Assembly: GCA_032161105.1 (NCBI GenBank)
Contig: JAVHTD010000002.1
Origin: Candidatus Thermosaccharophagus tengchongensis
GTDB taxonomy: Bacteria; Armatimonadota; Fervidibacteria; Fervidibacterales; Thermosaccharophagaceae
Reading direction: 5' to 3' (one strand)
DNA: 64,000 bases
The first letter of the stretch is position 1. Each line of letters begins with the position of its first letter. This document shows positions 10,201 to 20,128 of the stretch, piece by piece. The notes under the pieces were generated by a model. It ran no database searches, was not told where the DNA came from, and saw only the letters and a program-made list of their open reading frames with translations. The position numbers and the translations under genes are program-made.

Positions 10201-10486
10201 GGATCACACACTGCGCACACCGCTTTTCGGCACGGCTTAGCTGCCCGATTGAAGATGGCGGCAATGGGCAAAGCACCGCTGCAATGCATCTCGGGAGTCT
10301 GCCACGCAGTCGCGCTTCCTCAGCGCTCGCGGTAGACCGTAACCCCGTCCGCAAAGCGCGCTATGGTGAAATGGAGCGGCGTGATGGCGTGCAATCGCCC
10401 GACATGTATATTTCATCGGCAACGATGTTTAAGCCGTGTTTGTCTAAGCTAACGGACAGCAGGTTTGTTAGGGGAAGGTTTCGTGT

Positions 10487-13400
10487 GTGAGTGCCGCATG
10501 TGAGGATGCTAACGAGGGAGGTGTATCAAGTGTGTGTCAAACCTTCGTTTATAACCCGCTTTGGCGCAAGGTGCGTTTGGCATCCTCACAAAGCGCCCAT
10601 ATGCGCAATGTTCCGAGGAAGAGCCTTCCGCTTTGTGTAGCGGCGCTTGCGTTGATGATGGGCATATCAACTGCTCAGAAGTATACCCTCACCGGGATTG
10701 AATGCGAGCCCGAGTATACGCTCACTTGCACAGTCAAATCAAATGTGGGTTGGGATGCGAAGGCGCAGTTTTACCTCGCTTTCAACTACATTGACGAAAA
10801 GCATTTTTATTACCTCAAACTGAGCCGGCATCCGCAGTCAAAGATGCTGTCCGCGGAGATCTTTAAGGTGAGTCCTGACGGCGAGAGGAAGATCGGCATA
10901 ACTGTCGTTGCATATCGTCCAACAGATCCTCAGGTCAAGCTTGTGCTAAAGCGTCGTCAAATGCGCATCGTCGTCATCTGCAACAATGTGATAGTGGCGA
11001 GGGCTTCAGATGAAGAATACACTTCGGGGCAAATCGGCATCGCGTTTCTCCCCGATGGTGCTTTTCAAGTTAGCGAGTTGCGCATGCAACCTGTTGAAGA
11101 CATCTACTACGGTGATGACTTCACGAGGGCAACTCAGGAGGCTGGCAGTTTTGAATTTGTTGGCGGTGAGTGGAAATTGACCGGCTTGGGGGATCCAACT
11201 GGCAACCCGGATTACAAGGCAAATGCATTTGCGCTGAAGGGCGGTTCAGGCGAGGCTGCCTTCGCAGCCTTCGGATATTGGTTTTGGGATAATTACCTGG
11301 CGAAGGTTTCCGTCAAGCCAGTTCGCGCAAACGCCGTCGGGATATGCGCCTTCTATCAAGACGAGCGAAACTACATCCTGCTGCGCTGGACGAACATACT
11401 ATCAGCCGATGGCGGAAGATGTGAACTTGTTGAGGTTGTTGATGGCAGGGCAAAGGTGCTCGCGTCAACCCCCGCTAACCTCAATAACCCGATTGGGTTC
11501 GTTGAAGGGAGATGGTATTCTTTGAGCCTTTGCGCCACAGACGATTTTCTCATCGGCTCAATAGATGATGTCCCCGTAGTCACCGCTCGCTCAATAAGCT
11601 TTGGGCAGGGCAAAGTCGCACTTTATGTTGATGGGTGCAAGGAAGCCTACTTTGATGACATAGAGGTGAGCACATGGAGGCACTTCCATGATGACTTCAT
11701 CAGCCGTTCTCTCTCGGATTGGAAAGTTTGGGACGGCATGTGGATGATCAAAGGTGGCGTTGTGAATGGGCAAGGTAAGGTGGCATACTTAGCCACGGGC
11801 ACGAGGGGTTGGTTCAACTATGAAGCATCGGCTTCTGTGGCATGGATTAATGGGGCAGTCGGTATAGCCTTCCTCTGCCAAGACAAAAATAGGCATTACC
11901 TTATGCGGTGCCTCCCGAGAGGCGATGAAGCCATCGTGACGCTGTCGCTCGTTGAGAATGGCAACTTGCGTGTGCTTTCAACCGGGAGGGCTAAACCGTG
12001 GGATGGAAACAAATGGCACATGCTTAAAGTGGTCGCCAAGGATTACGGTGTGCTGGAGGCATTCGTTGATGGACACATTGTTACGCGGGCGTTTGATGTG
12101 TCTATCAGGAGCGGCGGCATCGCTCTGTATTGCGAGGGCAGCGCAAACTTCGGTGATGTGTGGGTGTATTTCCTTGAGCCAAGATACAAGGAGCCGCCAG
12201 TTGCAAGACAGTTCATCAAAGAGGAATACATGCTCTCATGGGCTACAAGCAGGGGCATGTGGAGTGTCAGTCAAAGCGACGGTTGGTTCACATACTGGTG
12301 CAATGGACGGTTCTATGGTGATGGCAAAAAGTTTGGCGAGACCGAAATTGAGTTTGACTGGCTGCGAGCCTTGCAATATTGCAGGGAGCTTGAGTTCTCA
12401 TTTGGGGCAAGCGGGAGGGAATTTAACAGCGGCGCACGATTGAAGATTTCACAGCTTGACCATCCACTGCAGATTCGCTTCGTCATACAGCGCGGCGATA
12501 ATGTGCTTTCCCAAAGTGATTGGAAGGGCAGTCGTGATCATAAGGGGAGTTTGCTCGTGCGCTTAATAGCTTCTTCAGGATACATTGTCGTATTGGTGGA
12601 AGGCGAGCCCGTCATTCACGCCTTATTTGATGATTGGCTTTCTGGCAACGAACTCGCTATAAGGGTTAGCGGACGCCCGATTGACATCACGCTGTTTAAG
12701 TTGCGCCCGTCAAATTTGATTGACACAACCTTCTGGCGTGCCCCGGTTGAATTTTATCCGGTGCGAGGGACTTGGGATATTGTCCCGCGATGGCCGTGTG
12801 AAGTTGATTGGTCTTGGTTTGGTGGGCTTGAGGATAGGGTGCCGGTTGTGTGGACGAAGCTCAGGTTTATCGGTGACTTGGTGATAGAGTTCTATGGGAA
12901 CATCGGAATGGACTTGCCAAAGGAACCGGGATACAGCCGTCCAAGCGACATCAACATCTCGTTTTGTGGTGACGGGATTAACTTAAACAGCGGCTACTCT
13001 TTCATCTACTCAGGTTGGGATAATTCCCGCAGCGCGCTGCTCAAGGGTGACAGAGCGCTCTCTGAGAGCACACAACACCATTTTCTCTTCCCGCACAACC
13101 ACAACTTCTCGTTCCATCAGCGTTGGTTTTACATCCGCATTGAGAAGGTGGGCACGCAGATAAGATGCTATGTCAATTCGCCCGAGACGAAGAGCGAAGA
13201 GCTCGTCTGTCATGTCACCGATAACAATGTGCTTCCTGGTGGGCATATCGCTCTTTGGAGCTATCACAACATACTTCTCGTTGCTCGCCTGCGAATTTGG
13301 TATGAGCAATGCAAGCCATCCCTTGATTACATCGGTCTTTTGAAGCCATTGGCGGTGGCGCGGAGGCAAAAGCAGGAACTCGCTCAGGTCGCATCGCAAG

Positions 13401-13936
13401 ATCCGAACAACGACTTTGAAGCCGGACTAAAGGGTTGGACACCATTGCGGGATAGTAACGAGGTGATACTTGAGCGCGATGCTACTACGAAAGCTGGCGG
13501 GAAGTATAGCTTGAGGATAACGAATGCCATAAACGGTGGTCACTTTGGTGTGAGAGCCTTTCACGGGCAGTTGGACTTGAAGTCGCGACCGATGTTGAGC
13601 TTCGCATACCGCATACCACAAGGCGTGAAAGTCAACCTATACTTCAGGCGCGGCGATGTGTGGTATGCGCTGATACTGACGGGTGATGATGTGCTCCCAA
13701 TGGACTTGAGGATGAAGATACTCGGCAGGATTGCAGATGCGCAAGCCGACAACAGTTGGCGCTGGGTTAAGTTCAACCTGCTTGAGGCTTTCAGGAGAAT
13801 TGAGCCGAATTTGCCCAACTACATCGTTGAGGAAATAGTCATTGGCGAACTTAATGACCCGCCATACCTGCAAGCTGGCTTTGGGGGTAACAAAGCTGGC
13901 GCCTGTTATTACATTGACGAGTTCATCATTCGGTGA
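10487..13936 (+). CDS. Large exported protein with tandem ConA-like/DUF1080-like beta-sandwich repeats; function unknown
   Basis: 1149-aa ORF; hydrophobic signal (LPLCVAALALMMGISTA); repeated DDF...W...AVGI...Y...G-x-I/V-A/G-L units; true start probably downstream (10532 or 10601). Confidence 0.7.
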   Translation: MSAACEDANEGGVSSVCQTFVYNPLWRKVRLASSQSAHMRNVPRKSLPLCVAALALMMGISTAQKYTLTGIECEPEYTLTCTVKSNVGWDAKAQFYLAFNYIDEKHFYYLKLSRHPQSKMLSAEIFKVSPDGERKIGITVVAYRPTDPQVKLVLKRRQMRIVVICNNVIVARASDEEYTSGQIGIAFLPDGAFQVSELRMQPVEDIYYGDDFTRATQEAGSFEFVGGEWKLTGLGDPTGNPDYKANAFALKGGSGEAAFAAFGYWFWDNYLAKVSVKPVRANAVGICAFYQDERNYILLRWTNILSADGGRCELVEVVDGRAKVLASTPANLNNPIGFVEGRWYSLSLCATDDFLIGSIDDVPVVTARSISFGQGKVALYVDGCKEAYFDDIEVSTWRHFHDDFISRSLSDWKVWDGMWMIKGGVVNGQGKVAYLATGTRGWFNYEASASVAWINGAVGIAFLCQDKNRHYLMRCLPRGDEAIVTLSLVENGNLRVLSTGRAKPWDGNKWHMLKVVAKDYGVLEAFVDGHIVTRAFDVSIRSGGIALYCEGSANFGDVWVYFLEPRYKEPPVARQFIKEEYMLSWATSRGMWSVSQSDGWFTYWCNGRFYGDGKKFGETEIEFDWLRALQYCRELEFSFGASGREFNSGARLKISQLDHPLQIRFVIQRGDNVLSQSDWKGSRDHKGSLLVRLIASSGYIVVLVEGEPVIHALFDDWLSGNELAIRVSGRPIDITLFKLRPSNLIDTTFWRAPVEFYPVRGTWDIVPRWPCEVDWSWFGGLEDRVPVVWTKLRFIGDLVIEFYGNIGMDLPKEPGYSRPSDINISFCGDGINLNSGYSFIYSGWDNSRSALLKGDRALSESTQHHFLFPHNHNFSFHQRWFYIRIEKVGTQIRCYVNSPETKSEELVCHVTDNNVLPGGHIALWSYHNILLVARLRIWYEQCKPSLDYIGLLKPLAVARRQKQELAQVASQDPNNDFEAGLKGWTPLRDSNEVILERDATTKAGGKYSLRITNAINGGHFGVRAFHGQLDLKSRPMLSFAYRIPQGVKVNLYFRRGDVWYALILTGDDVLPMDLRMKILGRIADAQADNSWRWVKFNLLEAFRRIEPNLPNYIVEEIVIGELNDPPYLQAGFGGNKAGACYYIDEFIIR

Positions 13937-14043
13937 CGCTTGTTTCAAAAGCAAGTTTGCACGATATGGATGGCGCGCTTCGTGATATAATCACGCGCGG
14001 TGATGTGGGGCGTAAAATTCCGCCACAAAGGAGGTAGTGAGAA

Positions 14044-15228
14044 ATGCATAAGTTGCACGATGGCGGTATACCGCCTGTGAATGAGCTTTCATTTGAGACC
14101 AATCCGTATCTCAAGCGCATCAAGGATACCCATTTGCTCAACCTCCGCCCGATACTTGAAGTTGCTGACAAGCACGAGTTCGGCGTGCTCGCTGCAAACT
14201 GTCTTCGCCCGGAGATAACGAGGGGTGTGCTGAGGGCAGCATTTGATTTGAACTCGCCAGTTATCATCCAAGTGGCGGAGTCGCAAGTCTCATACGCTCT
14301 TGATGGATGGTTCTCCGGGAGCAAGTTTGATCGGCTAAATGCGTTTGCGGAATTTGTCGCAAAGGAAGTTGAGAGATTGTGGGACGAGAAGGGCTATCTC
14401 ATTCCGATTGCGCTTCACCTTGATCACCTCCAGAATGATGATGAGCTTGCATTTGATGCATTGCGTGCTGGCTTCACATCAGTTGAGCTTGACTTCTCAA
14501 AGTATCCCCCCGATGTTGATAGGGAGCATGGTGTTGAGATGAACATTGAGCGCTGCTCAAAGATCATCCCGGAGTTGCACAAGCATGGTGTCACAGTTGA
14601 GGTTGAGGAGGGCGAGATTGGTGAAGCTGCAGTTAGGGCTGCACAAAGTGAAGAGGAGATCTTGAAGGAGTTCACCAAGCCGGAGCACGCAGTAAGGTTG
14701 ATTGAAGGCACGAATGGCGATGCTATAGCTATCTTTGTTGGAAGCGCTCATGGTTGGTATCTTCGCCGCCCAATCATAGGTTATAGGAGGATGCGGGAAA
14801 TTGACATTGCCATTAGGGAGAGGGGCTTCTTTGCGCCAATCGTCCTTCACGGAGGCACTGGCTTAAGCTATGATGCCGTGCACAAGGCTATAGGTGCTGG
14901 TGCTCGCAAGTTCAATTATGCCACAGCGCTTGCTGATATCTTCCTGCGGACAATTGAGAAAGACCCATCCGGAAAGGGCGCAGAGATCGTCCAAAAGATG
15001 GCTGAGACTGAGAAGCAGGAGTCCGAGGCAAAGGGCAGGAAGCCGCGCGGCGCAAGGTATGTGATAGGAAAGTTTGCCGAGGAGATCAACAAGCTCTCTC
15101 ATTCAGTTCTGCAGGCTGCCGAAGATGCCGTCTATGAGCATGTCCGTGATATGATCACAAATGCATACGGCAGCAAGGATAAGGCGCCGCTTTATGGGAG
15201 CAACTTTGGAAGGTGTCCGCTTGAGTAG
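14044..15228 (+). CDS. Class II fructose/tagatose-bisphosphate aldolase
   Basis: ALHLDH, VEVEEGEIG, VGSAHG, IVLHGGTG and KFNYAT motifs; GGAGG RBS. Confidence 0.9.
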   Translation: MHKLHDGGIPPVNELSFETNPYLKRIKDTHLLNLRPILEVADKHEFGVLAANCLRPEITRGVLRAAFDLNSPVIIQVAESQVSYALDGWFSGSKFDRLNAFAEFVAKEVERLWDEKGYLIPIALHLDHLQNDDELAFDALRAGFTSVELDFSKYPPDVDREHGVEMNIERCSKIIPELHKHGVTVEVEEGEIGEAAVRAAQSEEEILKEFTKPEHAVRLIEGTNGDAIAIFVGSAHGWYLRRPIIGYRRMREIDIAIRERGFFAPIVLHGGTGLSYDAVHKAIGAGARKFNYATALADIFLRTIEKDPSGKGAEIVQKMAETEKQESEAKGRKPRGARYVIGKFAEEINKLSHSVLQAAEDAVYEHVRDMITNAYGSKDKAPLYGSNFGRCPLE

Positions 15229-15266
15229 CATTCACAGGCATGCCCAAATGCTAATCTGTAGATGGA

Positions 15267-15297
15267 CGGGCGGCTCATAAGCCGCCCGATGTTTTTT
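15267..15297 (+). terminator. Rho-independent terminator after the aldolase gene
   Basis: CGGGCGGCT-cata-AGCCGCCCG 9-bp stem followed by ATGTTTTTT. Confidence 0.8.
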
Positions 15298-15480
15298 GAT
15301 AGATGCGGTGTTGTGATAAAAGCGATGGTGCGCCATCTGATATGATGAGGTAGTGGTGGAAAGCCCTGCGATACTGACGCCGCTTAAACAGGTTGTATGG
15401 ATGGGTTAAGAGGGCGTGTTACAGCGTATGGGTGAAAAGTTGACGAAGGAATCTTGGTGGCTATGGTGGGGGTGGGTGGC

Positions 15481-18400
15481 ATGCTCTCATGGTGCATGAT
15501 ATTCCTCGCTGCGCTTCCACACGAAGTTCTTGAGAGCGCGCGATTGAAGGTCACCGTTGAAACAAGCGGTGTGTTCTCCGTTCTTGATAAGCGTGCGGGA
15601 ATCACTTGGCAGAGCGCACAGCACATCGCACCATTTCAAAAGGTGCAAATGCTTCCCAGAGATAAGCTTGTCCTCCATACTGATGCGCGCCAGAGAGATG
15701 GTAAGACCTTCCCTGTGCAAGTTGCAATGTGGCTTGAGGACGATGAGTTGGTAGTTGAGGTCAGCACTGATAGCTACGAACGGAAGGTTGGGCTGTTTAC
15801 AGCACTGCCTCCATTGTTGCCGTTGAACACTGACTGCGAGTTGCTTTTGCCTTTGTATGGAAACGGCATTGCTGCGTCGGTCGTGGGGAAGGAGTTTCGC
15901 GGTTGGAACTTTACCACCTTTGGTTCGTTGGACATGCCTTGGGTCGGCATCAGCAATGGCAAGGTGGGCTATCTGCTGCTGTGGGATGGGAGAAGCGCTG
16001 ACGATGGCAGTTGCATCATTGAGGCAGTGAAAACTGTGCAGGGTGAATTGCTCACGCCATCTGCCTACCACAACCCAACAATGCAAACTTTTGGATACCC
16101 TCGCCGCATCCGATATATCTTCGTTGCCGAGGGTGGTTATGTTGCCCTGTGCAAGCGCTACCGAGAGTATGCAAAGCGCAACGGGCTTTTGGTTACGCTC
16201 ATTGAAAAAGCAAAGCGCAAACCCGCCGTCAAGTTGCTCGCTGGCGCTCCCGATGTCTGGGGTGGTAATCCACAATTCGCACGAGAAGCTAAAGCCGCTG
16301 GCATTGACAGGTTGCTTATCAACGGAGTTTGGGCAGCACAGGAGATGGAAACCATTAAAGCGATGGGTTACTTAAACAGCCGATACGACAACTACGAAGA
16401 CCTTTACACTTGTTGCCCCAACCACAGTCAGCCATACAACATTGGCACGATTGAAGATTGCGTCTTGCGAGCCGATGGCAACCGTCAAGTTGGTTGGGTT
16501 ACATGGGACAAAAAGCACACCGCGCACAAGCGCTGTTCGCTTTTGCAACTTGATGTCGCACGAAAATACATCACCGAGCAACTCAAGCGCCATCCGCACA
16601 ACGCTTGGTTTCTGGATGTTACGACGGCAACTTGGCTAATTGAGTGCTACGATCAAAAGCACTCGCACGATAGGACGCAAGACAAGGAAGCGAAGCGCAA
16701 GCTGGCAAAGTTTGTCGGCGAAGAACTCGGTTTGGTGCTCGGTGGCGAGCACGGTCGTTGGTGGGGAGTTGACATTTACGATTACTGGGAAGGCATGATG
16801 AGCATCAACCCGTTTTTCACTTGGCCTGCAGGGCACTTGCGTCCGCCAGAGAAGCGTGAGGAAATTGGAGAACGCTACCTTGAATGGGGTTTGGGACATA
16901 GGCGGAGATTGCCGCTTTGGGAACTCGTCTTCCACGACTGCGTCGTCAGTTACTGGTATTGGGGAGATAGCACCGATTTCCTTTACCGAGTTGCACCTGA
17001 ACTCAGCGACAAGAAAGACGCCTTCAACATCCTTTACGGAACACCGCCGATGTTTTGGGTCAACAGGCTGGGCTTCACTTGGAGCGACCCAGAAATGCGC
17101 AAGCGGCTGCTCCAGAGTTACCGCATCGTCTGCAAACTTCACGAGCAAATCGCCTTTGATGAGATGCTCTCACATGAATGGCTTACGCCAGACCGAGATG
17201 TTCAACGGACCGTGTTTGGACGCTCTGGTTCAAAGGCGGGCACAACTGAAGTGATTGTCAACTTTGGAGAGAGACCGTTCACTCTTGTCCGAAAAGGTTC
17301 AGCGGGAGCCTCACCCTCCAAAGAACAAAAATTCGTTTTGCCGCAGTTCGGCTTTTACGCTCACGGACCGAACATTTTACAGTATCGTGCACTCGTTGAT
17401 GATAGAACTGTTACTTTTATCCGCACACCCGATTACGCCTTTTGCGATGCAAACGGCAAAACCTACGATTTCGGTTTGTGTGCAACGGACGGGCAAGTAA
17501 CGCTCAGGCTTGATGGCAAAGAGCAAATTCGCGTCATTGTTGAGGCGGGTGTGACGGAGATCATTTTGCGACCGAGACAGTTTGCAGAGGGGTTTGATCT
17601 CGCAACGGCGAAACTGATGGAATTGGACGAGCAGGGTAACCCAAGAGCGGTAGGACAGTTTTCTCGTGTTGGCGATGCTCTTCGCTTTGGCGTTCCGAAG
17701 GAAGGCGCGATTTACGGGATTGTTTGGGGCTCAAAAGCAAAGCAGCCAAACTTTACGGTTGGTAGTGTCAACTTATCGCCGAAGCAAATCAAACAGGGAC
17801 AGCAAGTTAAAGTCAGCGTCCAAGTGATCAACAATGGCGGTGCTGATGGTAGGGTGAGGGCTTCGCTTTACCTTGACAAAGTCTCGTCCGATTGTTTGCT
17901 CGGTTCGCAAACGGTCAGCATCAAAGCGGATGGGCGGCAAACAGCTTCTTTCACAATTATGACGGATGCAATTGACGGTGAACACCTGCTCATCGTTCAA
18001 CTTGAATCAGTGCAACCAAAAGTTGAGCTGATTGCTACTGATAACATCGCTCAAGTGCCTTTCGCTGTCCAACCCGATTACGCTCTTTGGCAGTTCAGCG
18101 CCGATATAACTGTCAACGCTGGCGGGATAAGGCGGTTGGACGAGCCTGTGTCGTTGGAAGTTGACTTGAGCAAGTTGGGAGCGATGCCGAGAAGCGCTGT
18201 CGCGGACATTGATAGCGTCCGAGTTGTGGAAATTGTGGATGGGAAACTGACAAAGGCTGTGCCAACGCATTTTGAGCCAAGTGAGCAAAACGCTCAACGA
18301 GGGACTTTGGTTTTCCTGCTAACGGGAGAAACGCCCCCAAACGCTGCCCGTCAGTTCCGAGTTTTCTGGAGTGCTGAAAAGCCCAAGCATCGGCACTTCC

Positions 18401-19101
18401 CGATGTGCTCATTGCTTCATTGGGACGATGAGACGAAAACGGTCACAACACCATTTTACCGACTCCGCTTCGGTGATGACGGCATGGTTCGTGAGTGGGT
18501 GAGTTTGATGCCCAATGCGCCAAAGCAAAGTTTCATCCGCAGCATTGGCGTCTCGTCAGCGCAGACGGGCTGGGTTGACGAAATCGGTGAAGTTGAAGCG
18601 ATAGAGTGTTTGAGCGTAAACCCAGTTTGCGTTGTCGTTAAAGTTGTCAAGCGGTTGAAGGGCGATTTTCGCGTTGTTCGCGCCTTCACCTTCTACCCGC
18701 GCCATTTCATCGTTGAGATTGAATCGGACAAACGAGGCATTAGCGAATACAGCCGAGCCTACTACTTGCTGCCGTGCAAGTTTGAAGACGACAAAGGCAA
18801 CAAAGCAATTGTGGATGGAAAGGGCGAGGGCGAAGATGTGATCGGCAGGAACCCGCAGCCCAAATGGTATGCCGTTTACTCGGACACATGGGCTCATTCG
18901 TGCATTGCGCTTTCGCCGTTCGACAACTTGACATATTGGGATGTTGAGGGCGCTCGTGGTGGAATTGCGTTTAACACCTCGCGGGTGAAAGATATACGCC
19001 TCGCTTATGTCCTCCATGAGGGTCAAAAAGATGCTTCGTTTGCCTTGTGGGATTACGAGCGCTTAACGAAGCCAGCAAGAATTGCCGTTATTTCAAGGTG
19101 A
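15481..19101 (+). CDS. Large secreted glycoside hydrolase (GH101/GH129/DUF5696-like) with CARDB/Ig-like and further C-terminal domains
   Basis: GGYVALCKRYR, YDNYED, FLDVTT, GGEHG and LPLWELVFHDC motifs; CARDB-like segment (VSVQVINNG...DNIA). Confidence 0.7.
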   Translation: MLSWCMIFLAALPHEVLESARLKVTVETSGVFSVLDKRAGITWQSAQHIAPFQKVQMLPRDKLVLHTDARQRDGKTFPVQVAMWLEDDELVVEVSTDSYERKVGLFTALPPLLPLNTDCELLLPLYGNGIAASVVGKEFRGWNFTTFGSLDMPWVGISNGKVGYLLLWDGRSADDGSCIIEAVKTVQGELLTPSAYHNPTMQTFGYPRRIRYIFVAEGGYVALCKRYREYAKRNGLLVTLIEKAKRKPAVKLLAGAPDVWGGNPQFAREAKAAGIDRLLINGVWAAQEMETIKAMGYLNSRYDNYEDLYTCCPNHSQPYNIGTIEDCVLRADGNRQVGWVTWDKKHTAHKRCSLLQLDVARKYITEQLKRHPHNAWFLDVTTATWLIECYDQKHSHDRTQDKEAKRKLAKFVGEELGLVLGGEHGRWWGVDIYDYWEGMMSINPFFTWPAGHLRPPEKREEIGERYLEWGLGHRRRLPLWELVFHDCVVSYWYWGDSTDFLYRVAPELSDKKDAFNILYGTPPMFWVNRLGFTWSDPEMRKRLLQSYRIVCKLHEQIAFDEMLSHEWLTPDRDVQRTVFGRSGSKAGTTEVIVNFGERPFTLVRKGSAGASPSKEQKFVLPQFGFYAHGPNILQYRALVDDRTVTFIRTPDYAFCDANGKTYDFGLCATDGQVTLRLDGKEQIRVIVEAGVTEIILRPRQFAEGFDLATAKLMELDEQGNPRAVGQFSRVGDALRFGVPKEGAIYGIVWGSKAKQPNFTVGSVNLSPKQIKQGQQVKVSVQVINNGGADGRVRASLYLDKVSSDCLLGSQTVSIKADGRQTASFTIMTDAIDGEHLLIVQLESVQPKVELIATDNIAQVPFAVQPDYALWQFSADITVNAGGIRRLDEPVSLEVDLSKLGAMPRSAVADIDSVRVVEIVDGKLTKAVPTHFEPSEQNAQRGTLVFLLTGETPPNAARQFRVFWSAEKPKHRHFPMCSLLHWDDETKTVTTPFYRLRFGDDGMVREWVSLMPNAPKQSFIRSIGVSSAQTGWVDEIGEVEAIECLSVNPVCVVVKVVKRLKGDFRVVRAFTFYPRHFIVEIESDKRGISEYSRAYYLLPCKFEDDKGNKAIVDGKGEGEDVIGRNPQPKWYAVYSDTWAHSCIALSPFDNLTYWDVEGARGGIAFNTSRVKDIRLAYVLHEGQKDASFALWDYERLTKPARIAVISR
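17296..17319. repeat. Possible REP-like short element inserted in frame (encodes GSAGASPS)
   Basis: GGTTCAGCGGGAGCCTCACCCTCC; resembles a dispersed repeat I recall from Planctomycetota-type genomes; single copy in this window. Confidence 0.45.
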
Positions 19102-19289
19102 GGAAGGCGCCCGTTGTTAACTGTTGGTGACGAAAGATGAATTTGAGCGCATTGGGTGGGCGCATAATATGCGCCATCCGCATGCTGCCTTGGGAGCAGC
19201 ATATGGCATTCGTGTTGTTGATGTGGGCTCATCCAATGCGAGTGAGGTATTCGCCTGCGAATTGCAAGCTTCGGACTCAGGGCTTGTAG

Positions 19290-19937
19290 CTATGGGTTGA
19301 ATCGGTAGGTGCCGCTTTGTAGTAGTTCTCTTCGCAGTGGCTTTACATGCCCATCACAGAATGCAAAGTTGGAAAGCTCAAGGTGGCGTGTCTCGGCGAT
19401 ATTGCCCGTCGGATGAAAGTGCGCGTCATCAGTGCTCCCTATTGAGCATTGTTCCTCAACAAGCAGGATGACATTTGCTGGCTCCTCAATGTAACTTACC
19501 TGTAAGCCCCTGTGAAAGCGGTTTCCACCAATTGGATCGCTTGTTAGCGCGCCATTGATTGCGTAGCTACAGCCATGCCTACATCTGTCCGATGGGCATA
19601 TGAAGATCTGCTCGTTCTTCACATAGGGATAGATGCTCCCCTTTTGCGGTTCAAAGTTATTCGGGAAGCATTGGTTAAATTTGTTGTAGAACATCCAACC
19701 ACCATACTGTCCCTCGCCAGCTACATTGTCCCAAAAGTTGGGCAGAAAACCATCGTTGTCCTCAACATACGCCATTATGCCGAGGGCAATCTGCTTCATA
19801 TTTGATACGCATGCAGCTTGACGCCCCTTTTCTCTCGCCCTTGAGAAGACGGGAAGTAGTATTGCTGCGAGGATGGCGATGATCGTGATGACGACCAACA
19901 ACTCAATCAAGGTAAATGCAGTCTCACTTCGTCTCAT
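19290..19937 (-). CDS. Prepilin-type N-terminal cleavage/methylation domain protein, DUF1559 / H-X9-DG family
   Basis: [43 protein letters not shown] and C-terminal [14 protein letters not shown]. Confidence 0.93.
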   Translation of the reverse strand: MRRSETAFTLIELLVVITIIAILAAILLPVFSRAREKGRQAACVSNMKQIALGIMAYVEDNDGFLPNFWDNVAGEGQYGGWMFYNKFNQCFPNNFEPQKGSIYPYVKNEQIFICPSDRCRHGCSYAINGALTSDPIGGNRFHRGLQVSYIEEPANVILLVEEQCSIGSTDDAHFHPTGNIAETRHLELSNFAFCDGHVKPLRRELLQSGTYRFNP

Positions 19938-20128
19938 CTAAAATCACCTCCATCATTTGGACGCATCATGTTCGGTTTCGTTGCAGCACCAGTTGTGTTA
20001 TACCACGAATGTGTGACGGACATAGGGGTCGGAAGTTGCGTATGGACACGCTTGCAATTTCTATCCGAGCGAGTGAAAAATTATAGATGAGACAAGTTAA
20101 GGTGAGAAAGGTTTGTTGAGTGAGGGTG

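Noticed and set aside
10071..10260. T-box riboswitch upstream of glyQ
   Set aside because: No T-box consensus (GGTGGNACC) or terminator/antiterminator found on the minus strand.
15397..15412. 16-bp exact repeat ATGGATGGGTTAAGAG, also at 22874-22889
   Set aside because: About one 16-mer match is expected by chance in 64 kb; one copy is a gene start and nothing mobile lies between them.
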